A stretch of 64,000 nucleotides of DNA, from the IMG/VR virus record IMGVR_UViG_3300025736_000010, positions 48,897 through 112,896 of that record; one strand, written 5' to 3'. Within the stretch, counting starts at the first letter, position 1, and each line of letters starts with the position of its first letter. The DNA is from a virus. Below, piece by piece: positions 54,484-64,000 of the stretch. The translations under genes were made by a program, and so were the position numbers. The notes under the pieces were generated by a model. It was not told the DNA's origin. It ran no database searches and saw nothing but the letters and a program-made list of their open reading frames with translations.

Positions 54484-56071
54484 AATAACAGAAAGCGATA
54501 TCGCTAAGCTGAACAGTTTAGAATGGAGTAAGCGCAATAGGATGGTCAAGTCTAAGATTGAACTGAAGTATGTCCCGTTTTCAATAGACACACCGCCGTA
54601 TATATATCCCTTTCTAAAAGAAATCTACTATAGCCGCTCGATAGGCGGACCAAGACATCTTGTGATAATGAAGCCAAGGCAAATTGGCGCTACTGAACTT
54701 GCAATTAACTCGGCATTTTACGCTAACGACGTTTTTTCCGCAAATGTGATCTATTGCTTACCCGGGCAGACGGATCTGAGAAAATTCGCAGGCGCAAGAA
54801 TTAACGAAATAATAAGAAGCTCCCCTAGGATAAGGTCGAATTTTACGGCAATTGATAATTTGGAGCTAAAAGTAGGGCGAAATGCGTCTATCCATCTGAA
54901 AGGTATGCAGTCTGAGGCGGGGCTTGAAGAAACGCCCGCTGACTATATTATACGTGATGAAATAGACCAAATGCCACCTGCTAACGCGGCAATGATACTT
55001 GAGGCACTTGGGGGTTCGTTCCTGAAGTGGATTCTTGATTTGAGCCACCCGACATATCCTGGCAAAGGCATACATGAATCATATCGAGAGTCGAGTCAAG
55101 GCACTTGGATGTTTATCTGCCCTTACTGTGGCGCTAAACAAAATCTGAGCTGGGAGGGGAACGTAGATGTTGTGAACCACTGCTATAAATGCGCTCAGTG
55201 TTATAAGCGTCTTGAGAAGAAAGATTTTTGGACTGGTTTTTACGAGCATAAGATTCCAGATCATCGTGTTAGGGGCTTCCAGTTTAACCAGATAATGAGT
55301 CCTACCGTGGACCTTTCTGACCAAATTATTAAGTGGAACCTATCACAAGGAATTCCTTATAAGATGCGGATTTTTCACAATACTGTGCTTGGTCTTCCGT
55401 ACGCAGAGAATTCAAAAAAACTAACTGAAGAGGCTGTACGCGATCTTATGAAAGACCAGCCGCACATGGTATTTAAGGCGGCTGAATCTGTTATGGGTCT
55501 AGATGTTGGCAGCGGATTACATTTATGGGTGCAGTCCGGCGAAAATCTGTTGACCGTTGCGTTGTTAGATGATTGGGGAGAGCTAGATAAATATGTCGAT
55601 AGGTACAACCCAAAATGCGTCGTTATTGATGCTGGGCCGGAAGGTCACGCCGCCAAGACAATGGTTGAGGCGCTAAGAGAAAAGGGGATAGATGCCTGGA
55701 TGTGCATGAGGTCTGATGGGTTGGCTGGGCATAGAATTATTGACGACAATACAATGACGATAAAAGTAAATAAGACTGAACAATTTGATGAGTTTTACGC
55801 TCGCCTTTTAGGGATGAACTTGCCGTCTAATCTACCGCAGGAAGCAATTGACCAACTAGTCGCCCCAGTAAGGACGTACAGAACAGCGCCAGACGGCAGC
55901 AAGAAGGGCATATATGACAAAGGCATCTGCCACTATGCGGACAGCGCGTCATACGCAATGGAAGCCGCAAAACAAATGGAATCACGCTACATCATACCCA
56001 AAGACATCATAGTGCCACAGATAACCGGAAAAAGTAGATGGAAAGGTAAACTAACGGGGGATAATGGCTGA
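54467..56071 (+). CDS. Terminase large subunit (lambda GpA-like)
   Basis: MKPRQIGATE, IRDEID, CPYCG...CAQC, FHNTVLGLPY, GLDVG. Confidence 0.88.
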   Translation: MTNELKITESDIAKLNSLEWSKRNRMVKSKIELKYVPFSIDTPPYIYPFLKEIYYSRSIGGPRHLVIMKPRQIGATELAINSAFYANDVFSANVIYCLPGQTDLRKFAGARINEIIRSSPRIRSNFTAIDNLELKVGRNASIHLKGMQSEAGLEETPADYIIRDEIDQMPPANAAMILEALGGSFLKWILDLSHPTYPGKGIHESYRESSQGTWMFICPYCGAKQNLSWEGNVDVVNHCYKCAQCYKRLEKKDFWTGFYEHKIPDHRVRGFQFNQIMSPTVDLSDQIIKWNLSQGIPYKMRIFHNTVLGLPYAENSKKLTEEAVRDLMKDQPHMVFKAAESVMGLDVGSGLHLWVQSGENLLTVALLDDWGELDKYVDRYNPKCVVIDAGPEGHAAKTMVEALREKGIDAWMCMRSDGLAGHRIIDDNTMTIKVNKTEQFDEFYARLLGMNLPSNLPQEAIDQLVAPVRTYRTAPDGSKKGIYDKGICHYADSASYAMEAAKQMESRYIIPKDIIVPQITGKSRWKGKLTGDNG

Positions 56072-57458
56072 TATACGAGAATTGCCTAAAAACATAGAGG
56101 CAGAGCAGGTTGTATTGGGATCTGTTATGCTTGAGCCGGAATCAGTGTGTCGTATTGTCCAGGAGAAAAAGTTAGAGCCTGAGCATTTCTACGAAGCGCG
56201 ACATCGTGTTATATACGCCTCTATTAAAGAGCTATTAGATGCTGGTGATCCGCCGGATATTGTAATACTGTCAAATCACCTAGAAGACAAGAACGACATG
56301 GAGAAAGCTGGCGGTAGAATGTACCTTAACGAGTTATTGGATCGTACTTCTACGACCGCAAGTATAGAGCATTATATTGACATTGTGAAAACTAAGTCTG
56401 CTATGAGGCAGATAATCGAAGCTGGGGCAAAGATTGAAGAGGTCGGATATAAAGAAAACGTTGATATTGCTGAAGTGTTTTCTAAGGCGACACAAATAAT
56501 AGGCGACATTGATATGCCTGAAGATAAACCGCCTTACGTTATGTTAGGCGACGAAGTAGCTGAACAAATTAGTATTCTTGAGCAGATACACGCGCAAGGC
56601 GGCGGTGGGGTCGTTGGCGTTCCTAGTGGGTTCGCTGAATTAGATAAGATTACGTCTGGTTTTAGAGACTCTGATTTGATTATAATTGCAGCTCGCCCAG
56701 GCGTTGGAAAAAGCGCGATGACTACATCAATAGCTAGAAGGGCGGCGCTCGATGGCTATAAAGTTGGGTTCTTTTCACTTGAAATGTCGCGGGAACAAAT
56801 GCTACAAAGGTTACTGTGCGGTGAGGCTCGCGTTAATCTCCAGAAGATGCGCGGTGGGTATATGGGCATGGAGGATTGGCGGCGTCTAACTGATGTTGCT
56901 GGCAAGATTAGGTCTGCGCCGATATATGTAGATGACACTCCAGGAAATCCGCTATCGGATATTGTTTCAAGAGCGCGAAGAATGAAAGAGAACGAGGCGA
57001 TTGATATGCTGTTTATAGATTACTTGCAGTTAATCGAGATACCAGGATTCACTCGTAACCGCGAGAACGAAGTTGCTAAGACAGCTAGAACGCTGAAGAA
57101 GCTTGCCAGGGAGCTTGAGATACCTATTATCGCGCTGTCTCAGTTGAATAGAAACACAGAACAGCGAACAGTTAAGAATAAGAGACCAACGCTAGCTGAT
57201 CTGAGAGAATCCGGTGCCCTGGAACAAGATACGGATATGGTGATATTCATATATAGGGATGACTACTATAATACAGAAACCGAAGAGATTGATACTGTTG
57301 TTCCCGCCGAGCTTATCATTGCAAAGCAACGTAACGGACCACTGGGCAGGGTACACGTATCATTCCACAAATCATTTGTAGACTTTTACCCGAACGTTTA
57401 CGCCGACGAATATAAGGGATTTGGGTTTACGCCCGAACAGGATGGACAATATGAATGA
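56064..57458 (+). CDS. dnaB: Replicative DNA helicase
   Basis: NIEAEQ, AARPGVGKS, FSLEM, IDYLQL, LSQLNR, DLRESGALEQD, KQRNGP. Confidence 0.97.
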   Translation: MADIRELPKNIEAEQVVLGSVMLEPESVCRIVQEKKLEPEHFYEARHRVIYASIKELLDAGDPPDIVILSNHLEDKNDMEKAGGRMYLNELLDRTSTTASIEHYIDIVKTKSAMRQIIEAGAKIEEVGYKENVDIAEVFSKATQIIGDIDMPEDKPPYVMLGDEVAEQISILEQIHAQGGGGVVGVPSGFAELDKITSGFRDSDLIIIAARPGVGKSAMTTSIARRAALDGYKVGFFSLEMSREQMLQRLLCGEARVNLQKMRGGYMGMEDWRRLTDVAGKIRSAPIYVDDTPGNPLSDIVSRARRMKENEAIDMLFIDYLQLIEIPGFTRNRENEVAKTARTLKKLARELEIPIIALSQLNRNTEQRTVKNKRPTLADLRESGALEQDTDMVIFIYRDDYYNTETEEIDTVVPAELIIAKQRNGPLGRVHVSFHKSFVDFYPNVYADEYKGFGFTPEQDGQYE

Positions 57459-58065
57459 AATACAGGAATATAACGAGAAGGAGCTTGTATCAGAGAGGCG
57501 TAAAGAGCAGTTTGAAATGCGCCTACGTGGTATTAAGCGCGGAAAGATTACCGAAGAATTGAGTGCCAAATATGGTGTTGTTCCGGCCACTATTGACCAA
57601 GATTGGCAACGAAAATCAGACTGGTGGCTAGATGTTATCGGCATTAATGACGTATCTGGATTGGTTGTAACTACAATTGGATCGTTTAATCTTTCGCAAG
57701 ACTTCAGAAAGCAACTTTTCGAGGGGCTATTGGGCCTTGCTAACAAGATTTCGCCGGATAAAGACGATGATGATACGCTGACATTAGATGAATTAGAGGC
57801 ATTACCGGCAGTTTGGGGTATTATGATGAAACTTTTGAATGATATGGACGCCGCCGAAAAAACAAAGTCTGATATTCTAACCAAATTAGGCATATTGAAG
57901 GAGGCTCCGAAAAAAGTTGAGGTCAGAGAGACGAGGGTTGAGCATAAACTTGACTGGGCTAAGTTTACTGAGGGGTTGGATGACGAAACACGTCGAAAAT
58001 TCTTTGATGAAATAGGCGGAATAAATACATCTGGAGCAATAGATATTGAAGGAGGGGAGGAATAA
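57451..58065 (+). CDS. HTH protein, candidate terminase small subunit
   Basis: N-terminal HTH (KYGVVPATIDQD), helical core, KLGIL...PKKVE tail. Confidence 0.45.
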   Translation: MNEIQEYNEKELVSERRKEQFEMRLRGIKRGKITEELSAKYGVVPATIDQDWQRKSDWWLDVIGINDVSGLVVTTIGSFNLSQDFRKQLFEGLLGLANKISPDKDDDDTLTLDELEALPAVWGIMMKLLNDMDAAEKTKSDILTKLGILKEAPKKVEVRETRVEHKLDWAKFTEGLDDETRRKFFDEIGGINTSGAIDIEGGEE

Positions 58066-58067
58066 TC

Positions 58068-58533
58068 ATGGCTAAGGAACTATTATCCACAGAAGAAAAG
58101 AAAAGACGCAGAAGTGAGTACTATCGAAAATACTACATAGAACACAGGAAGGAAATTCGCGCTCAACAGAAAGATCATTACGCAGAGAATCGAGAAGAGA
58201 TAAGGGCGAACCAAAACAAGAACTATTGGGCGAACCGCGATAATATTTTGTCTAAGCGTAAATCCAAGAAGCTTGGAGCTGCGATTAAAAGGATCGAGGA
58301 GAAGAAAAATGCATAGTCTACCCATATTTCTAGAACATATTGTAGGAGAGACTAGAGATTATTTGGCCGATGTTAGGAAAGATCACATCGAGTTCAAACT
58401 TTGGTTCAATGGAGACGAGGGTATGTACAATTGTAAGTTCTCCTATGGCCGAGTTGGGCGTGGCTCAAAGATAGAAAGTGTATGCGCCGCTATAGCCAAC
58501 GCAATACTGGCAATCGACGAAGATGGGCCGTAA
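58068..58533 (+). other. Two small ORFs (58068..58316 with YYxxxRxEI repeats; 58309..58533)
   Basis: GGAG-type RBSs. Confidence 0.5.
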
Positions 58534-58574
58534 AAAGCCCATTTTTCGCCGAATATCCTAATAATCGTCACCCA

Positions 58575-58739
58575 CTAAAGAATAGTCATGTTCTCGAATT
58601 CTCTAGCATTTCTGTATTCGTCTTTTATTTTGATTGTGGCGGCAATGAATGATGTTGCATACACTAAAGCATATGCGCGAGCATCTTCATATCCCTGGCA
58701 ATAATGATCGTACATAAACCACACTAGAAATGTCTTCAT
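58575..58739 (-). CDS. Small hypothetical protein
   Basis: GGGAGG RBS; MKTFLVWFMY. Confidence 0.6.
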   Translation of the reverse strand: MKTFLVWFMYDHYCQGYEDARAYALVYATSFIAATIKIKDEYRNAREFENMTIL

Positions 58740-58756
58740 ACATCCTCCCTTTGTTG

Positions 58757-58868
58757 TTGAGCGACTAGTCAAGCCTAAGAGCTACCTGCCCATAAGGGCC
58801 GCTGGGTCTTTCGAGGTTACTCGTTTGCTCAACGCTACTGTTAACCTTTGTTCGCTATAGTCGCTCGA
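58757..58868 (-). ncRNA. tRNA-like structured RNA, copy B
   Basis: 9-bp closing stem GAGCGACTA/TAGTCGCTC just after promoter 58906-58878 (TTGACA-17-TATGAT). Confidence 0.55.
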
Positions 58869-58975
58869 TTCTGTCAGATCATACACTAAAACTCCAATGA
58901 TGTCAACCATATAGTTAGCGGCTTGCAATCGGTACGTTTTTGTGTATACTGTGGCTATCTGAAGGAGGCGCGACA

Positions 58976-60442
58976 ATGAAGATAGAACGATTGGAAGAGA
59001 TAGTAGAACACGCTGCTGCAATAGTGAATAAGTTGCCAACTACTCATCCAATGTTTCAATCAGCTCATACTCAGTGGTTTATGTTGGAGAAAGAACTAAC
59101 GGAAGCAGAGAAGGAGGCAGAATGAGCGATATAACAAGACTAGATGGCGAGGGAGATATTCGCACAACAACGCATGTTCACCGGCGAATCGAATGTGAAG
59201 AGTGCGGAGAACCTGCACATTACAAGTATTCATTTCTATTTGAAGGGATGAGATCAAATCCCGCATCATCGGCATACGGGTGTGATGATTGCAGTTGGTG
59301 CTCAGATGTTGACGTATTCACATGTAAAGGATGCCACCCTACTGTTCCGAATGGGTGCGTAAATACACCATCGCGCTATACGATGGGCGAGCGATTTGCG
59401 CACATGTTCTTGGAGTGGGATCTTGTTGATGAAGTAATCGAGAAGGAGTGACAATGTACGGATACCGCACAAGATATATGCTAACGCATCCACATAAGAT
59501 GATCCATCGCACATTCCGCGAGATACGATGGGCATGGCAACGAGTTGTTCGTGGATGGGATGATACGGTATGGTGGAGCCTTGACAGTTATCTTTGCCCG
59601 ATTATTATTCACACACTAACAAAGCTAAAGGAAGACGGGAACGGATACCCTTCTGACACGACTCTTGAAAAATGGGAAGAAGTACTTATGGAGATGATAG
59701 ACGGATTCAAGGCGGCGCAAGAAGCGTTAAATGACAATCTTAGTAGCGAGGAATATGAAGCCGCAATGGTGCGATACCGCCGAGGAATGGATCTATTCAA
59801 GGATAATTTCTTCAACTTGTGGGATTAGAACGCAAACTCAACTAAATCATACATAAAGAGGCAGATAAATGCTAACAGTATTAGGCATAGCAGTGTTCGC
59901 TTTTTTCGTATCGTGTACAGCAGTAACTGACAACGGAGTGTATATTACTTTGGGATTAATTGCGCTTGTTTGGTGTTTGTGTTCGCAACAGACAAAACGC
60001 AGTGAATAGGACATTTGTCCAGTCTAATTTCCATGTTTCTTCCATTAACATTTGAGCGGAAATACAGTAGGGTGTAAATATCAAAAGGGAGTGATCGTAA
60101 ATGGGTGATCGAGCAAACGTAAGAGTAGACGGTTCTGGTTCTGTTTATCTCTACACGCATTGGAATGGGTCAGAGCTGCCAGAAACACTGCAAAGGGCTT
60201 TGATGGCCGGAAGAAGCAGATGGGGCGATCCAATTTATCTGGCAAGGATAATCTTTTGCGAAATGGTTAGCGGACAAGAACGAGACATAACTGGTTTTGG
60301 TATCTCTGGAAATGTGGGTGATGGCGATAACCGTGTCCTCATTGTCGATGCTCGTGGCGGCACAGTTACATTTCCTAACGAGGATACATTGACGTTTGAG
60401 GAATATATAAACATTGATGATCCTGTTTGGCGAGATTCGTAG
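58976..60442 (+). other. Small hypothetical genes (58976, 59122, 59448, 59869, 60101)
   Basis: RBS-preceded ORFs; 59869..60009 is a 46-aa membrane peptide; 60101 has a YLYTHWNG motif. Confidence 0.55.
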
Positions 60443-60450
60443 TACGGCAA

Positions 60451-60523
60451 ACGCCCGTAGCTCAGCGGACAGAGCAGCGGTCTTCTAAACCGCTGGCCGA
60501 AGGTTCAAATCCTTCCGGGTGTA
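60451..60523 (+). tRNA. tRNA-Arg(UCU)
   Basis: Full cloverleaf; loop CTTCTAA; T loop TTCAAAT; CCA not encoded. Confidence 0.93.
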
Positions 60524-60548
60524 TAGGCAAGAAAAGGAGAGTAACACT

Positions 60549-61100
60549 ATGAGTGAAACAAGGCGAAAGACATTTGTTCACCTGAAAGAAGCATGGTATG
60601 GAGAAGCATCTCTAGGAAATAATGGCGAACGCCCTAATAGAATCGTAGATTCTGTGCTTATCATGCTACAGGACGAAGAAGACGATGGATGTTTTTACGA
60701 GTTTTCTATAGACTGGATACTATTGGGCGGCGATTTGTGTCCAGAACTGAGCATATTTAGTGATGCGTGGAAGGCGTTCGCTGAGTTTGGAGAACTATTC
60801 CACGAACTTGTACGGCGACATGGACAAGATCCAACGCCGGAATCAATCTGCGAGCTGCTGGAAGAATTACACTATGAAAATGTTACACCAACAAAATACC
60901 CGTATAATAGGAGCGATGACATGCAAATGGTAACTTACACTGGACATGACGAGGTTTTAGTATGTCCGCTAGAAGAAGAGCATAGAATGTTGGCTGAGTA
61001 CTTTGAGCCTGATAACCGCAATCTTGATGAGTACGACCGCGATGTGTGTACCTATGTTGTTCGTGTTAGCACTAGCCTTCGATCTGAAGTTACTGACTAG
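60549..61100 (+). CDS. Hypothetical protein
   Basis: AAGGAG RBS. Confidence 0.6.
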   Translation: MSETRRKTFVHLKEAWYGEASLGNNGERPNRIVDSVLIMLQDEEDDGCFYEFSIDWILLGGDLCPELSIFSDAWKAFAEFGELFHELVRRHGQDPTPESICELLEELHYENVTPTKYPYNRSDDMQMVTYTGHDEVLVCPLEEEHRMLAEYFEPDNRNLDEYDRDVCTYVVRVSTSLRSEVTD

Positions 61101-61414
61101 AAGTGTATTAAACTACGACAGCTAGATTCGGTCATCATTATGTAACGTTCGATACCTGAAACAGCGTGTTATACTAACTTTACTAGCAACAGTGTTGGCG
61201 CAGAAACGTAGCGACCTTTGTATAGTTTTAGGAGGAAAAATGGAATCATGGGTATGCTTGAAAATGTGGAAACTAATCCTATCAGTAGTCATGTTGCTTG
61301 CAAGTGGCGCACTATCGCTTAGGAAGAACAAGGCGGCTACTAGTGGATCAATCGCCTTGCTAATTGCTGCATGGATGGTTATAATGATACCTACGATTGA
61401 AGGAGGCGGATGAA

Positions 61415-61678
61415 ATGGATGATAAGGACATCACAAGCGAAGACAAGCACGAGGAGATACTAGGCTTACTCCGCAAAGACTTTGATGGATACCCACTATA
61501 CGACATGGAAACCGAGGAGCCTGAGAAAACTCTAGAACTGGCACTTGAATACTTAGATAACCTAAGAGAATCAGGACGGATCAACATGTTTGGCGCTGCT
61601 AGTTGGCTTGAGGAAGAGTTTAGTTTCCCAAAACAAGTAGCGAAAGGCGTGTTGGGATATTGGATGGAGACGTTCTAG
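61415..61678 (+). CDS. Hypothetical phage protein
   Basis: YLDNLRESG.INMFGA motif; AGGAGG RBS. Confidence 0.65.
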   Translation: MDDKDITSEDKHEEILGLLRKDFDGYPLYDMETEEPEKTLELALEYLDNLRESGRINMFGAASWLEEEFSFPKQVAKGVLGYWMETF

Positions 61679-61683
61679 AATGA

Positions 61684-61883
61684 TTGATCGGGTCCATAAC
61701 TCAAGGGGAGCAAGAAAAATATTGCTCCAGAGAGTGTCAGGAAATTGGTAGACGAAAGGTTGAGTGGCCAACTAAGGAAACCTTAAAGAACGACCTGGAA
61801 GACAACAGTTTTGCGGTGTTGGGAGAAAATACGGAGTTAGTAATAACTCTATCAGGAAGTGGATAAAACATTATGGGTTGTAA
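61684..61883 (+). pseudogene. Frameshifted C-terminal remnant of a homing endonuclease
   Basis: KYCSREC...RKVEWPTKETL continues in another frame as GRKYGVSNNSIRKW. Confidence 0.6.
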
Positions 61884-61908
61884 TTATACCGGAGAATGAA
61901 GTATATGC

Positions 61909-61984
61909 GCTCCCGTAGCTCAGTTGGAAGAGTATCGGTCTTATATGCCGGTTGCCGCAGGTTCGAGTCCTGCCGGGAGTACCA
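61909..61984 (+). tRNA. tRNA-Ile(UAU)
   Basis: GCTCCCG/CGGGAGT acceptor, loop CTTATAT, GTTCGAGTC, ACCA end. Confidence 0.88.
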
Positions 61985-62076
61985 GAAAAAGACGTGACAT
62001 TTGTCCTCTTGACATTCTACGCGACTTAGATTATGATATTTGTACGGATCTTAGAAAAGCAAAAAGGAGATACAAC

Positions 62077-62274
62077 ATGACAGCAAAGGCAGCAGCAAAG
62101 GCAGCAGCGAAACCTGAAGGCGTACTGGACAAACTTTCTTTGTACTTCCCAAAGAAGAAGGTAGAGTCTCACGCCCCAATCGAACGACTGGCGAACATGG
62201 CCGAAAAGAAGGATCGCTCTATCAACTATCTGGTAGTAGAGGCGATTCTAGCCTATTTGGAGGCGAACGAGTAG
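62077..62274 (+). CDS. Ribbon-helix-helix DNA-binding protein
   Basis: KLSLYF...ERL..MA.KKDRSINYLVVEAILAYL; AAGGAG RBS; promoter near 62009. Confidence 0.75.
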   Translation: MTAKAAAKAAAKPEGVLDKLSLYFPKKKVESHAPIERLANMAEKKDRSINYLVVEAILAYLEANE

Positions 62275-62278
62275 GAAA

Positions 62279-62344
62279 TTGATGGCTGCGGCGAGACGCA
62301 AGCGTTTCGGCAATCCGGCTCGAACCCGGCCAGCCGCTCTTCAA
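62279..62344 (+). ncRNA. tRNA-like structured RNA, copy C (minimal)
   Basis: TGGCTG/CAGCCG stem, GAGACG/CGTTTC hairpin, CCGG-CTCGAAC-CCGG T-arm-like hairpin. Confidence 0.5.
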
Positions 62345-62355
62345 GGAGGTATGTA

Positions 62356-63719
62356 ATGGGTCTATTTACAATTGGCATACTGGTATTTGCGCTGTTTTGG
62401 TGTCTTAACGAGATGTAAAGGAGCTAACATGAAGACGATAGAATTTGAGATAGCTAACAGTAAAAATCGTATACGAGGAATTGTGTATAGTGAAGTTCCG
62501 AATGGATCTGTATTTACAGGGTTAGTTTATACACCCGGCGGTGACGGTGAGGGTATGTTCGTCAAGGCCAATAATGGTGCATTTATAGCCGTTATCTACC
62601 ATCCATGCCTTGCTCCGGGAAGCAAGTGGACTGGATGCAATAAGATTTCTTTCTATGGCTATAAGGCAGTAAACAAAATCACAGTTGAGGTGTAGCATGT
62701 ACAAAGAATGTAGAAAAGACGCCAGGATAGTAAACGCAGCAAAAGACGCATATAACGCCCTGGATTCTCTTAACTTACACCATGTACTCGTAGAATGGTA
62801 TGAAGTAGTACGCCTAGCTATTGGTGCTTACGCTTCAGATCACGGACTTGGACTTGATTGGGTTGAAGGCCATCCGCTACACATAGTAATGTTGCATAAG
62901 ATAAGTGAATTGATGGGATTTGAGTTTCGGGAGAATGCAAACGCTGACATTGATAACGCCTACGATTGGGCATCTTCGCTGATAAAAGAACATGAATAAC
63001 CATCTCCACCTCCTTGAACTAGGGGCCATTAGTTATGAGCTGGTGGTCCCGCTCCTTTATTCAAAACGCCTGAAAGGGCTTGACAACGAGCGCGGAATGC
63101 GTATACTGAGGTTGTAGAACAGGGGAGGAATTATGAAGTGCGTATGCGGGTATGAGTACGAAGTGGACTGGAGTAACGGACAGCGCAAGGCTTTATCTGG
63201 TGATGAAGAATTCATCACAGTTGATACGAAGGCTACAATAGAATATACGGGATACCATGGAGGAAACCACGATGTTACCGTATGCGCCTGTCCGAAATGC
63301 GGAACACTCCGAATTGATAGGCACTAAACAACGGTGGTTGAACCCTAATTGCGAAGTTAAAAAGAGTAACCCCAATAGAGTATACAATAGGAAAGGGGAG
63401 GATAGAATGGACAGTAGAGACTTTGCGGAACTGGTAACAAAAGCATATGACGAATATGACGAAGGTGAGACTACCTTAAACGACTTTGAGAACGCAATCC
63501 GTGATTTAGTAGCAAACTTTATAGAAGGGGCTTACAATGGATAATGACTGGACGAAGACAATCGCGGGATTGAGAAAAAAGAACGATGAGATGGCAATAC
63601 TGTTGAAATGTGCGCTTGCTGATCTTGAGGGCATCATGCCGGATTATGAACGATCACATCCTGGATGGACTACGATTGAAGAAATACGAGCATTTCTTAA
63701 CTTTGGCGATAACACTTGA
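62356..63719 (+). other. Small hypothetical genes (62356, 62429, 62697, 63133, 63407, 63537)
   Basis: RBS-preceded ORFs; hairpin 63022-63050 and promoter near 63080. Confidence 0.5.
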
Positions 63720-64000
63720 AACATATAAAGTGAAAAACGACGTTAATCCCTAACTGAAGCCCTTTAAACAAAGACATAAGGTAAGGTAGAGGAGTGATAG
63801 AATGAACGATCTTACTAAGACAAAGGAGAGCGAAACGCCTGATTTTGTGTGCCCACACTGCGGTATGAAGTGGGACGAAACAGGAGAATATTGGCGCGAC
63901 GGAGAATATGGGTATTTCACGCTAGACGAAGGTAAAAGCATGGCCTTCTTTACCTGCGCTCACTATCGCAGTACTCTTAATGGGCGAAAGCTAGTACATG

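Noticed and set aside
61924-62076. N-terminal extensions of ORFs 61924 and 51392
   Set aside because: They overlap tRNA-Ile and tmRNA; downstream ATGs (62077, 51434) are better starts
62818-63009. Minus-strand ORF with a strong AAGGAGG
   Set aside because: Lies almost wholly antisense to a plausible plus-strand gene; treated as an anti-SD tract, though not fully excluded

Overview
A 64-kb segment of a large tailed dsDNA phage (siphovirus-like), almost entirely on the + strand. Positions 1-32.8 kb are virion genes: fibre/decoration proteins, neck, tail terminator and tube, a -1 frameshifting tail chaperone pair, a 2339-aa tape measure protein carrying a LAGLIDADG intein, hub/FN3 proteins and a collagen/beta-helix fibre. 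Glycosyltransferases and free-standing homing endonucleases are interleaved with them. Positions 32.8-36.5 kb hold cupin, holin-like, lipoprotein and cysteine-protease-like genes. Positions 36.5-50.3 kb cover recombination, replication and nucleotide metabolism (Rad52/Sak-like, YqaJ, SMC-like ATPase, SSB, initiator, DnaC-like, resolvase, DEDDh nuclease, class III RNR with an Ala-start/Gln-end intein, NrdG). Positions 51-64 kb contain a tmRNA, GpA-type terminase, DnaB, tRNA-Arg(UCU), tRNA-Ile(UAU) and many small ORFs. The most notable signals outside the ORF track are: (i) a covarying RBS-sequestering pseudoknot leader in front of two paralogous NUMOD4-HNH genes; (ii) three related tRNA-like RNAs with conserved ends and variable interiors; (iii) probable ATA/ATT start codons; (iv) about 20 near-consensus sigma70 promoters, some in gene-less stacks. 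All calls come from reading motifs by eye; no database searches were run.
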